Assembly (NCBI RefSeq): GCF_006345805.1
Contig: NC_043004.1
Location: 91,078,001-91,142,000, forward strand
Source: Octopus sinensis
Lineage: Eukaryota
DNA length: 64,000 nucleotides
Direction of reading: 5' to 3'
The stretch's first letter is position 1. Each line of letters begins with the position of its first letter. Below are positions 13,266 to 25,188 of the stretch, one piece after another. The notes below the pieces were generated by a model, which saw nothing but the letters and a program-made list of their open reading frames with translations, searched no databases and was not told where the DNA came from. The position numbers and the translations under genes were made by a program.

Positions 13266-14127
13266 ATTTTTTACTTGTTTCAGTCGTTTGACTGTGGCCA
13301 TGCTGGAGCACTGCCTTTAGTCAAGCAAGTCAACCCCAGGACTTATTCTTTGTAAGCCTAGTACTTATTCCATTGGACTCTTTTTGCTGAACTGCTAAGT
13401 TACGGGGATGTAAACACGCCAGCATCAGTTGTCAAGCGATGGTGGGAAAACAAACATACACACACAAACATCTGCACACACATACATATATATATCATCA
13501 TCATCATCATCATCATTTAATGTCCATTTTCCATGCTGGCATGGGTCGGACGGTTTGACTGAGGACTAATGAACGAGAGGTTGCACCAGGCTCAATCTAA
13601 TCTGGCAAAGTTTCTACAGCTGGATGCCCTTCCTAACGCCAACCACTTCGAGAGTGTAGTGAATGCTTTTTACATGCCACCGGCATGAGGGCCAGTCAAA
13701 AGGTGTTTTTATGTGCTACCTGCATGGGAGCCAGTCCGGTGGCACTGCCAATGACCATGCTCAAATGTTGTTTTTTATGTGCCAGTAAGGCAACACTGGC
13801 AACAATCATGCTCACATGGTGCTTTTCGCGTGTCACCGGCACAGGAGCCAATCCGTGGCCCTCACAATGATCATACTCAGATATGCCTTTAACATTCGGC
13901 TGGCACAAGTGTCAATCAGGCGGTACTGTCATCAGCCACATCAGCGATTTTGATTTGTTTACACTTGCCTCAATAGGTCTTTGGAAGCAAAGTTCATTGT
14001 CCAATGAATGAGGGGTACTCATAAGTGGGCCGGTTACACTCCACTTTCAGATATACTTTTAATGTTCCCTAGCACAAGTGTCAATCAGGCGGTACTGTTA
14101 TTGGCCATGTCAGCAATTTTTATTCTG

Positions 14128-14176
<49 letters not shown>

Positions 14177-14315
14177 CGGGCTTCTTTCAGTTTCTGTCTA
14201 GCAGATCCACTCACAAGGCTTTGAAGACACTTGCGCAAGGTGCTATGCAGTGAGACTGAACCCAGAACCATGTGGTTGGTAGGCAAGCTACCTACTATAT
14301 AGCCACTCCTGTGCC
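13266..14315 (-). mobile_element. SINE family A split by an inserted RTE 3'-end copy (13497-14125)
   Basis: SINE tail half at 13266-13480 and head half at ~14175-14315 flank a (CAT)n-tailed RTE UTR copy. Confidence 0.7.
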
Positions 14316-14633
14316 TGTGAATAAATACATATAAAGTGTTACTATTCTATATTGTATGTACTAGAAACATATTTTATCTCATGTTTATTCTATACATGGT
14401 ATATAAGTGTGTGTGTTGTGCACATGTGTGTAAGTTGTCTCAAATCCATAAGTCAGGAAAAAATGGATTCGTATATCTGTCAATACATATTTATATATAT
14501 TCAGATTTATTGTATACGTGATATGATTTTAATGCCCAATTGTTAGCTATAGAGCTTTACAATTTCTAAGCATAATTTCTATAACTTAGAAACTTTTACT
14601 GACAGAGATAGACAGTTTCTGATCAGGCTTTAA

Positions 14634-14809
14634 CTCTTTAGTATTCATATTAACCTATCATCTGCAATGCTTTTTTATTCCATTATAATGTGACTGTTTA
14701 TTTTTAGAATGACATTGTAGGGAAGGTGTGAGAGGCTGGATTTGGCCAGTTTGAACATGAAACAAGTTAAATGTTTGGACTTGATATGGCCTGTTTAAAT
14801 GTTAAAGGG
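14634..14809. mobile_element. piggyBac-type MITE (decayed)
   Basis: TTAA|CTCTTTAG ... TAAAGGG|CCAA; related partial copies near 29815-29940 and 48620-48690. Confidence 0.5.
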
Positions 14810-15200
14810 CCAAAGAAAAACAAAACTAGCCATTGAAGCCTTTGTAGTTTATAAGAGCTTACAAGGTATTTGTGAACAAACCCACACCATCAGAGTAGCA
14901 AATGTCAGACTGACATAGGAAATAAAAAACAGCTCTATGCTTGTGGTTCTAACCACTAATTCACAACTAAGAGATCACCAACTTGAATGTGGACAGATTC
15001 CTCAATTTCAAGGTGGGGAATATGTCATCCATAGCCAAGAGAAAAAGACATTCCTAATGGTCAAATGTTGTCAGTATGGTTGAGTTTGTCCAATAAGTTC
15101 AGAACATTATCAGTAAGAATCCAGTAAGTAGATGAGGGCTATGACCACCACCACAATTACTGCTGTTGCTGCTGCCACTACCATTATCATTTAATGTTCA

Positions 15201-15506
15201 CTAGCAGTATCGCCCGGCATTGCTCGGGTTTGTAAAGGAAATAACTATATAAGCATTTTTAGAGAGCTACTTCCCTTATATAACTCGAGCAAAAATCATT
15301 AAAAATGCGGAAAAATGATGGTAAATTTATTTTAAATCATAGACTCATCGTAGACGCGCACTAATACCCAGAAGGGCTCAATATGAATGACGACTATAAG
15401 ATACCCGCTTTTGGTTAAACTGCACTGCAAAATGTGGGAGAAGTTAGGAATCTAAATCAGAGGAGACAGAGTCTCACACACACCACTTCAATTTTATATA
15501 TAAAGA
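15201..15506 (-). mobile_element. Non-autonomous Helitron (short family, copy 3) inserted in an RTE 3'-end remnant
   Basis: Reverse complement of the same TC...hairpin-CTAG ends; flanks rejoin as TTAATGTTCA|TTTTCATACTAGC, matching the RTE tail consensus with no TSD. Confidence 0.85.
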
Positions 15507-16060
15507 TTTTTCATACTAGCAGGGGCTGAATGGTTTGACAGAATCCAGCAAGTCACAGGGCTGCGCCAAGCTCCAGTGTCGGCTTCAGCATGGTTTCTAT
15601 GGCTGGATGCCCTTCTTGATGCCAACAATATTACAGTGAGTACCAGATACTAGCGAGGTGACCAAGTAACTTACATTGCAAAAGAGAAAAAGAACAGGGA
15701 CAAAGGAAAAGGGAAAACCTCTCACTACCATGTAAAACAGAATCCAAAGAAAGTGACAGTGGCCTGTGTGACCAAGATTTGTATTATTTGGGAAAAGTAA
15801 CAGAAGGATTACTGTGAAATTGCTGTGGTGAGTAGAATGTCCAACATTTTGAACAGAGTCCTTCTTCAGGGTAAAAGTGACTGGAAGGAAGTCAAAGACT
15901 GCAGAATTTATGCATCCTCTATGTTTCAGAAACTTTATATATAAGTAACTATTTGTATATATATATATATGTACGTACGTGCGAACATATGTACATACAT
16001 ATATACATACATATTATACATACATATATACTTTATTAATAAAGCTGCAATGACATCACA

Positions 16061-16106
16061 AAAACTGTTACTCAGAGTTTCACATTCCTATTCATTGGAC
16101 AGTTTT
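16061..16106 (-). ncRNA. Hammerhead-like motif with decayed core (CCAATGA)
   Basis: AAAACTGT-CCAATGA-ATA ggaa TGT-GAAA-CTCTGAG-T-A-ACAGTTTT: 8-bp stem I, stem III ACTC/GAGT, GUA site; G5 lost (possibly CpG decay of CCGATGA). Confidence 0.6.
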
Positions 16107-16125
16107 GGTTAAATATATATATATA

Positions 16126-16419
16126 TCGATCAACATCAATGGAAATTGCAGCTGTGATACCAGTGCCGGTGGTACGTAAGAGAACCATCCGAATGTGGCC
16201 GTTGCCAGCGCCGCCCCGACTGGCCTCGTGCCGGTGGCATGTAAAAAGCACCATCCAATCATGACCGTTGCCAGTCTCGTCTGGCACCTGTGCTGGTGGC
16301 ACGTAAAAAGCACCCACTACACTCACGGAGTGGTTGGCATTAGAAAGGGCATCCAGCCGTAGAAACATTGCCAGATCAGACTGGGCCTGGTGCAACGATG
16401 ATGATGATGATGATGATGA
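16126..16419 (+). mobile_element. RTE LINE 3' UTR fragment with (GAT)n tail
   Basis: Homologous to 55330-55747. Confidence 0.8.
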
Positions 16420-16532
16420 TATATATATATATATATATATACACCATGCTTAACAAAAAATAAGTACTGGGTTTGATTCATCCCAGCATGGCCGCAGTCT
16501 GCAGACTGAAACAAGTAAAAGATGAAGATAAA

Positions 16533-16588
<56 letters not shown>

Positions 16589-17213
16589 ACACACACATAT
16601 GTGAACAGCCCAGCCTGGGGTGAAATTCAGAGTGGACTGTCAACTTTTGATATAATGTGTATGTGTGAGAATACCCCCACAACCACTACACACACACATC
16701 CTTTATTAATAATACACACACACACACACACATATATATCTAGAATTAACAATACAAACAATAATACACTTTAGTTTGACAAATATTTAAATAAAATAAG
16801 CAAATAAAAAAAACTGTGTCAAGTTGTTTACGTATAAATGTCACAATATACAGCTTTCTTTCATGCTTTGGCTTTCTGTAAATACAAAATATTTTTGAAA
16901 GTTTCACACCCATATGTAAACAACATGAGTAGAATCTTTATAGATTTACATATTTCATTTTTTTATGTTTCATCTGTTGTCTTGATCCAACAGGCCTACC
17001 CTTCTTCAGTTAAGATCCTCCCATTTTATATATTCAGTTCCAGTATATCTAAGACCACATTATCTAATATGTCCTTCATTGTTGCTGGAATTGTTGTTAC
17101 TGTTTGACACCAGGTCAGTCCTAATCTAGCAATGAGATCTATGATGATTGAAGTGATTTCCACAGAGAGCATCTTTATCATTTGTATATCCAAGAAAAAT
17201 ATTATCCAATATG

Positions 17214-17424
17214 AGGCAGTGAGCTGACAGAATTGCTACCACGCCAGGCAAAATGCTTAGCTGTATTTCATCTGTCTTTACATTCAGTGTTCAAATTCCA
17301 CTGAGGTTAACTTTGCTTTTTATCCTTTCAGGGTCAATAGAATAAGTACCAGTTGAGTGGATTGATGTCATCAACTTAGCCCTCCCCTGAATTTGCTGGC
17401 CTTATGCCAAAATTTGAAACCAAT
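17214..17424 (+). mobile_element. SINE family D (decayed)
   Basis: GGCAGTGAGCTGACAGAAT...TTCAAATTCC...TTTCAGGGTCAATAGAATAAGTACCAG, homologous to 42067-42299. Confidence 0.7.
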
Positions 17425-19450
17425 ATTAATTAATATGAGGTTTTTCCAATTGAAGATTTGGGTCTAGCTGGTCAAGTGACCACCTATAGACACCCTCATT
17501 TTTTTCAGTCACCAGAGTAACTCGGGGCATGAAATGAAAGCTATGTATTATTGAGAAAGCATGAAACAAGGGATAACTAAAAGTCTGAAAGCTAGCATGG
17601 ATGTATAGGGCAAATTTATGAAAAGGGTTAACACTACCAACAGGACCTTGGGGCACAATTAACAGGGTTAAATCTGCAGGTAAGCAGCCAGATTAAATCT
17701 CCAATTTGAAAATGATTTCCTTTCTTTTTCCAACCCATTTTAGAGGCTCTGAAAATACAAAGGATTATGAGTCCAACTCCACCCTTTCCAAGTATGTAGT
17801 GAAAGAAAAAAAACAAAACTTTTTTGCATGGTAATTTTTTTGCATAAGAGATAGTTCACCTGCACACATATCTATTTACAGATAGCCGGACTGTATGTTC
17901 ACTCAGTATCTTTACACTTAGAGATTCTGTATATATTTACACCAATGATGGGATGGATTGTGCCATTCCATCATCCAAATGTTTACCTAAATTACAACCA
18001 GACCAAATGCAACAGCAGGTAGCCCTCCTGCCATGTTTCCTACCAACAATAGCATCAAGAGAACTCATCAGGTTGCTCAACCCAGCAGAAATAACAGCTG
18101 AATCTCCCTCAAATCACACCCTGCAATCTTTTTTTTTTTTTTTAAAAAAGAGAAAAATCATTGGATAATGTAATTCTAGGTATTAGAAAAAGATAAAGAT
18201 GGAACACAGCAGCTAGAATGCTTTTGAGCATAGGTCTAATACCATCAGAGCTAATTGGGAACTTGACAACAGCAGCAACAACAAAACCAACAACATTTTG
18301 TCCACCTTACCACCATCCTCCTTGAATCAGACAGGAAATGTAAACTAAAGAATGGTTACATATAGACACTATCCTCAACTATTAATATTGTCTAAAGAGA
18401 ACAACACAGAGATGTGTATATGCAAATGCATGAGTGAGTATGTGTGAATACGTGTGAGATTGTCAGTGTCAGAATGTGTATGTGTGACTGTGAGCAGTGT
18501 GCATTTGAGAATGTGCATGTGTGACTGTATATGAAAGTATATGTATGTGTGGGTATGTGTATGTGTGACTGTGTATGTGTGTATGTTGAGAGTGTGAATA
18601 TGTGCATATGAGTAGGTGTTATATGTTTGCTATTGTTTGGAGAAATTAACCATAGATTAATAATATATGTCAAAGTGTTCGTTTTGAGTGTGTGTTTAAG
18701 TGAGTGAGTGAATGAGTGAGACATTTTGGTTTAAAATTCTGACACAAGGTCAGAGATTTTTGGGGAAGGAGTAAATCAATTACATTGATCTCAGTGTTAA
18801 GCCTGTTCTTATTTTAACAATCCTGAAAGGATGAAAGATACAATTAATACTCTCTCTTTCTCTCTTCATGTTTATACCTCGCTCAGAGATTTATTATTTT
18901 TCATCATCATCATTTAATGTCCATACATATTTATAGACACACATATGTATAATATATATATATATGTAATATATATATAATATGTGATATATGTGTGTGT
19001 GTGTATATATATTGGCATAATATGAATGTTTTTTTTGTATTGTGCACTTGTGAAACACTAATATATATATTTGAAATCCATCCAGGTAGACTTTGCCTAA
19101 TAATAATAATAGTAAATATGCTTTATAAACAAAATAAACTTTAAATAATAATAAATAATGAATTCAGCATTATAGAATGTTGCCAAGAAGTAAAAACACA
19201 GGAACAATATATAAATAACAAGTAAACAAGAGGAGGAAGGGTGCAGCAATGATGAATGAGTGGGGTAAAAAATGCATTTTATTCTTTGTATTTAGAAAGT
19301 TCATTCTTCCTGTGTATGGCCATTAATATGTCTCAATTTAAGGTGGCAAACTGGCAGAATCGTTAGCTTGCTGGTGTCTGTCTTTACTTTCTGAGTTTAA
19401 ATTCCACCAAGATTAAATACCACACAGCCACTCCTGGGTTCAGTCCCACT

Positions 19451-19616
19451 AGGAGTGGCTGTGTGGTAAGTAGCTTGCTTACCAACCACATGGTTCCGGG
19501 TTCAGTCCCACTGCGTGGCACCTTGGGCAAGTGTCTTCTACTATAGCCTCGGGCCCACCAAAGCCTTGTGAGTGGAATTGGTAGATGGAAACTGAAAGAA
19601 GCCTGTCGTATATATG

Positions 19617-19651
<35 letters not shown>

Positions 19652-19845
19652 ATGTGTTTGTCCCCCTAGCATTGCTTGACAGCCAATGCTGGTGCGTTTA
19701 TGTCCCCGTTACTTAGCGGTTCAGCAAAAGAGACCGATAGAATAAGTACTGGGCTTACAAAGAATAAGTCCTGGGGTCGAGTTGCTCGATTAAAGGCGGT
19801 GCTCCAGCATGGCTGCAGTCAAATGACTGAAACAAGTAAAAGAGT
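19451..19845 (+). mobile_element. SINE family A, full length
   Basis: GGAGTGGCTGTGTGG head, internal (TA)/(TG) tract, tail CTCCAGCATGGC...AAACAAGTAAAAGAGTA. Confidence 0.9.
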
Positions 19846-20414
19846 ATATATATATGATGGCTGCAAATTTGTGTCCGAGTATTCCCATCACCTGATTGAA
19901 AGTCCCACATATGTGAAGGCTATGACCAGCCATTTTTGTGATAGGTCTTCATTTTTTTTACAAGTCATGCCTGTGCATGATGATATTTTTTATAGTGAGG
20001 AAAGGATTTGCACAAATCCATTCCCACTCCCTAAACAACATAAACTCGAAAAGAACTAGTCTACAGCATCAAATATTGTCAGTGTCACAAGTTTTCTTTC
20101 AGAGTTTCCCTCTCCTAGAGAGATGTGACAACAACAGAGGGGCCTCCTACTCCCAGTGGGCCAACTGCGCAGCTGAACACCAACCCAGGTATTTCCACAT
20201 CCCTGCATATACACACATACATACAGATGTACACATATTGTTGGATGGCCGTTGACTGCTTATGAGCTCTTCTGCCCTTTGACAGTTCTTATTTTTCATC
20301 CTGCAGGGTGTCCAACAAGCTTGATGGGGTTGCCAGCTTAGTCACTGACGACCCAACCATGCAACAGGTTGTACTGGGTTACATGTTAACAGTAATGCCC
20401 AAGAGCGACCCAGC

Positions 20415-20455
<41 letters not shown>

Positions 20456-20555
20456 CATGCATATGTGTGTGTATATACATATATATATATATATATAATA
20501 TATATATATATATATACATGCATATGCATGTGTGTGTGTGTGTGTGTATCTATAT

Positions 20556-20587
<32 letters not shown>

Positions 20588-21252
20588 TCATTTATTTATT
20601 TATATACATCTGTACCATTAAATACTGACTTTAATTCCTTCCTTCAATTGGACACTCAAAAATGAAAAAAAAAAAATCTAGAACCCCAAGAAGCCTCATG
20701 CAAACAAACCCACAGAAATACAATCCCAGACTGGTAGGAAGAAGGATGGTATCTTCAAACCAGAAACTTTGACCTGAATGCTTGCAACAAAGTAGACTGC
20801 AACAAGTACTCAAGGTGCCAGATGGAGGTGATAAATCACGCAATGGATTAAGTTTATCACTCATGTCTGTGCATGAACAACTTCACAGCCAAGGTTGTAT
20901 TCAGATGAGTAACAAATAAATTCATACAGTGAATACTCAATGTTCAATAAAGTTATCTGGGAAGAAAAAAAGGTTCTGAACATCTTGCCATATTCCATGA
21001 TGACAATGAGAAAATAGAAGTAATTCAAGCTACAAGATTTACTTTCCCACAGGCTCTACATATAGAATACCATAGCGAGGTGCAGGTAGGAAATGAGTAT
21101 CTAATCCATGTGCCTGGCTCTCTCTCTGAAGTTGACCTTGTTACATCACAGAGAAAAAGAGGGGAAGTTCAATTGGGATACATTCTTAAGTAGGCGATAT
21201 GCTTCTAATGCCCTCCTGTGGGTCATTTATTAGATACACCTTGAACATAATT

Positions 21253-21622
21253 GTGGAGGCGCAATGGCCCAGTGGTTAGGAGAGCGGACTCGCGGTTTCG
21301 ATTCCCAGACCGGGCGTTGTGAGTGTTTATTGAGCGAAAACACCTAAAAGCTCTACGAGGCTCCGGCAGGGATGGTGGTGATCCCTGCTGCACTCTTTCA
21401 CCACAACTTTCTCTCACTCTTACTTCCTGTTTCTGTTGTACCTGTATTTCAAAGGGCTGGCCTTGTCACTCTCTGTGTCACACTGAATATCCCCGAGAAC
21501 TACGTTAAGGGGACACGTGTCTGTGGAGTGCTCAGCCACTTACACGTTAATTTCACGAGCAGGCTGTTCCGTTGATCAGATCAACCGGAACCCTCGTCGT
21601 CGTAACCGACAGAGTGCTTCCA
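21253..21622 (+). mobile_element. SINE family B, full length
   Basis: Near-identical to 3873-4253. Confidence 0.9.
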
Positions 21623-21659
21623 CACCTTGTAAGCTAGAAAAGGGGGAGCAAACCAAGTT

Positions 21660-21990
21660 TGCTAGGTTTGTTCTGAAACATTCGACAAGAGAGGTAACTG
21701 TTGTTGACTCCTAACGGATATTTTGCAGCTTGCAAATCTGCTTCAAACAGTGTTGTCTACAGTGGAATGTGGTCGTCCAGGAATAGGAGCAGTTTCCACC
21801 AATATCCAACCACATTTGAACTGGTGGTTGTTACTGCTTGACTATGTTGTAAGCTGGTGCATCATCAATATAAACTTCTTTCATCTAATTGAAAGTCTCT
21901 TTTGGCATACCCTAACCCTAACCTTTCAAGCTTAAGAACCTGATCAATGATCTGCATTCAACTGCTGCCACTGTTATAACACCTTAGTCT
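21660..21990 (-). mobile_element. mariner transposase N-terminal remnant
   Basis: Frameshifted translation ECRSLIRFLSLKG..MPKETFN*MKEVYIDDAPAYNIVKQ* ... ETAPIPGRP resembles the mariner HTH region and the GRP motif. Confidence 0.55.
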
Positions 21991-22840
21991 ACTTCAGCAC
22001 TTATAAAAGACAAACAAATACTAGTGGAAAGCTGCAATTTAGAATGTGACATGTAGAGACATGTATGATTATACTTGTACAAGTTCTGTTTCCTGCAATA
22101 ACTGGAAGTGGGTCAGGGGAAATCTTTAATGCACACCCCTCATATTTCTCCATACAGAAACAAATGTTCTGGCCTAGACCAAAATAACCAAAGTCATATC
22201 TGCTATTGAAGAGGCAAAATGATGCCACAACACCATGTTAAAAAGTGTAGCTGGCATCATTTGTAACTTGGCTTGATGTGTTTTTACAGACAGTCTATGA
22301 CTAAAATTACTTTCTCAAAGATAAGAGTCTGGAGCAAATCCTTCAGATTCTAGAGATTAAGAACATGATAAAAACAAATGACATGTTTATACCATTTTAT
22401 CTATTTATGTTTGCATGGGTAGGATGTGCTGAACGTTTATGGAGTTGGATCCACTCTTCTTACTTCTAACAACTCAGTGTTGAACTGTTCATTTAGTTTT
22501 TAGAGTCTAAGAAACAGAAAAAAAAAAGCAGGGACATGCATTTATATACTCTGACAGTGGCAATATCTGAATGTACCTTGTAGTAAGAACTGAACCTACA
22601 AACATCTGGTCTGTAGTGCAGCATCTTAATCACTCTTTATTTTCTCTCCTTAACCCATATGGTTAAGAAGTTCGTTTTGCAATCTTATGGTTTCAGCTTC
22701 AATCCTACTGTATGGTACATTAGGCAAGTGTCTACAATCCCAGGCTAACCAACGCCTTGTGAATGAATTTAGTATATGCATGGAAACTGTGTGGATACCC
22801 ATCATATATTTGTGTGTGTGTATCTATCTATCTATCTATC

Positions 22841-22873
<33 letters not shown>

Positions 22874-22959
22874 TTCGAGACAAAACCACTATTTTGCAAA
22901 TCAAACAAGGAAAGACTTAATCAATACATGAAAAATTTTAATATATAGTAAATAAATCG

Positions 22960-23003
22960 CCACTACAATTGTTTCATGTCTTCAAATGACATTCGTCAGG
23001 TGG
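22960..23003 (-). ncRNA. Minimal type I hammerhead ribozyme, canonical core
   Basis: CCAC-CTGACGA-ATGTC atttgaa GACAT-GAAA-CAATTG-T-A-GTGG: all core nucleotides, 4-bp stem I, 5-bp stem II, palindromic stem III ACAATTGT, GUA site. Confidence 0.85.
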
Positions 23004-23117
23004 ATTTCCGATCTTCTAGTCAGTTTTAATTTATACATATAGGTATGTACAATTGCCATGAATGATCGCAAAATCCACAAGTTTTTTTAATTCTCTCTCT
23101 GTTTATTTTCTCGTGTT

Positions 23118-23155
23118 CCTTTCTGTTGAAGAGCATAAGTTCGAAACATAAAAGG
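23118..23155 (+). ncRNA. Hammerhead-like motif, CUGUNGA family
   Basis: CCTTT-CTGTTGA-A-GAGC ataa GTTC-GAAA-CA-T-A-AAAGG: 5-bp stem I, A6 replaced by U. Confidence 0.55.
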
Positions 23156-23952
23156 CTTTCTCATTTTCCTGAGCGTCAAACTAATACACCTGTTTGTTAT
23201 TTATACACCTGTCTTTGTCTTTTGTTTTTCTGTAAATTTTAACTGTACATGTATGTATATATACACAACTATATATACAAAACTAGGGAAAAAATAAAAG
23301 AATAACCACAAAGCTTGGATTAATAGACACTGTATTTTCTTATTTGCCAAGCCCCGTGCAAATGCTTCAGCTGTTATTCAATTTGTTTTTGATATTTAAA
23401 GAATGTAAATTCATAGTTGAATTCATGATCTATAAGTTCAATAAATACATTATATTAAATTTTTATTTTTTATTTTCTTTGTTGGTGACTAATATAAAAA
23501 CATGATGTACTGAAAAACTGAATAAAGAAATATATATTTTTTAATTGAAAAAAATATTTTATTTTACAGTGTATAGAAGCAAACACAAATGACACGCATA
23601 AAAGTGTTTAAGAGGTGAACACCCACTCAGCTTTTAAACTTTTTTGCTTTTAACCTAAACTTCGAAGTGAGAGTACAAATATCAGAATAAGTTCAAACAC
23701 AATTCTGGGAACTGTTAACTTCAATGAGAGTGCTGTTACTATACAGCTACACAATGTACTAGCAATAGCAGCAGATCTCATTCAAATTGCATTTTACTGG
23801 GAGCTCATGACTAGAATTATACTTCTGCTAGATCAAAGCTGACCTAGGGCTAAATGTCACCACTACTGCTGCCCTTGCCACCACTGCCAATAACAAAGAG
23901 GCATTCATTGTTGTGTGAAGAGAGACTTTAAGAAGTAAGTGAAGATAGATCG

Positions 23953-24128
23953 CTAGCCACTACACATTCTTTATTTTCTCTCCTTGTTTCTTTCTGTGTT
24001 CCTTTCTGTGGAAGAGCATAGGCTCAAAACGTTAAAGACTTTTTTCACTTCCCAAGCATTATACTAATACATCTGTTTGTTGTCTACACCACCAGTCTTC
24101 GTCTTTTGTTTTTTTGTGAATTCTCCCC
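23953..24128 (+). mobile_element. Short PLE/retrozyme-like element with CUGUNGA hammerhead-like motif at 24002-24037
   Basis: Near-identical to 47702-47877; CTTT-CTGTGGA-A-GAGC atag GCTC-AAAA-CG-T-T-AAAG. Confidence 0.65.
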
Positions 24129-24595
24129 CTATTATAGGGTAGCAGGACAGAGATAATGAGTATGGAAAAAATTTCATGATAAAGGGTCAGAGGTACTGAA
24201 TGTGGAAGATCTATGGTGGCTTAAGTGATATGAGTTGAGTGTGATCCACAAATACGCTACCTGCTACCAAGTTGGAGTCCTGATGCCTAAGTGAAGCCCT
24301 ACATAAACCCCATTATGGAATAGCTCAGATAATTCACAGTCATACCACCTAGGAGCCTGGCTGGTATCTATTGATTTATCCCCCTGTTAGCTAGAGTTTG
24401 GTTGAGGCCATGTTCTGTTAACAGGACCACTGTTTGTCTATGGTGGGTACTCTCTTTTAGGAACTCCAATATGTCCTCTGTGATATATTTATGAAGCTCT
24501 CCTCCTCTCTATCTAAAGAACAACAGAGTCTACAAAGTAAGTGTTAGGTGTGTGATGTCAGATGGCAATGAAATAGAGGTACAGAATATGAAAGA

Positions 24596-24910
24596 AATGC
24601 CAGTGGCACGTAAAAAGCACCATCCGTTCGTGGCCGTTGCCAGCCTCACTTAGCCCCCGTGCCGGTGGCACATAAAAAGCACCATCCGATTGTGGCCGTT
24701 TGCCAGACTCGTTTGGCACCTGTGCTGGTGGAACGTAAAAAGCACCCACTACACTCATGGAGTGGTTGGCGTTAGGAAGGGCATCCAGCCGTAGAAACAC
24801 TGCCAGATCAAACTGGGCCTGGTGCAGCCTTCTGGCTTCCCAGACCCTAGTTGAACCGTCCAACCCATGCTAGCATGGAAAGCGGACGCTAAACGATGAT
24901 GATGATGATG
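24596..24910 (+). mobile_element. RTE LINE 3' UTR fragment with (GAT)n tail
   Basis: GTGGCACGTAAAAAGCACC...GCGGACGCTAAACGATGATGAT. Confidence 0.85.
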
Positions 24911-25188
24911 TAGATTACAAGGGCAGAGTTATAAAAAGTGGAAGATCTGTGAAGTAGAGGGCAGTATGACAGATATTGAAAATGGAGTAGATGGTGGTCA
25001 AGCAGAAGTATGAAATATGAAAGATTTGGGAAGTATATGGTAGTATAGCATAGATACTGAGTGTAGAAGAAAGGTAGATTACAAAGCAGTGGGAGAAAGC
25101 AAGGAGGAGGAGTGTGGAAATTCAGTCAAGTACACAATAATAGGACAGCAGATGTCAGATGTAAGACTCCTTCATTCACATCATCATC

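Noticed and set aside
21910-21923. CCCTAA telomere-like repeats (also ~30495 and ~60050)
   Set aside because: Only about two units each, embedded in transposon remnants; not an interstitial telomere array.
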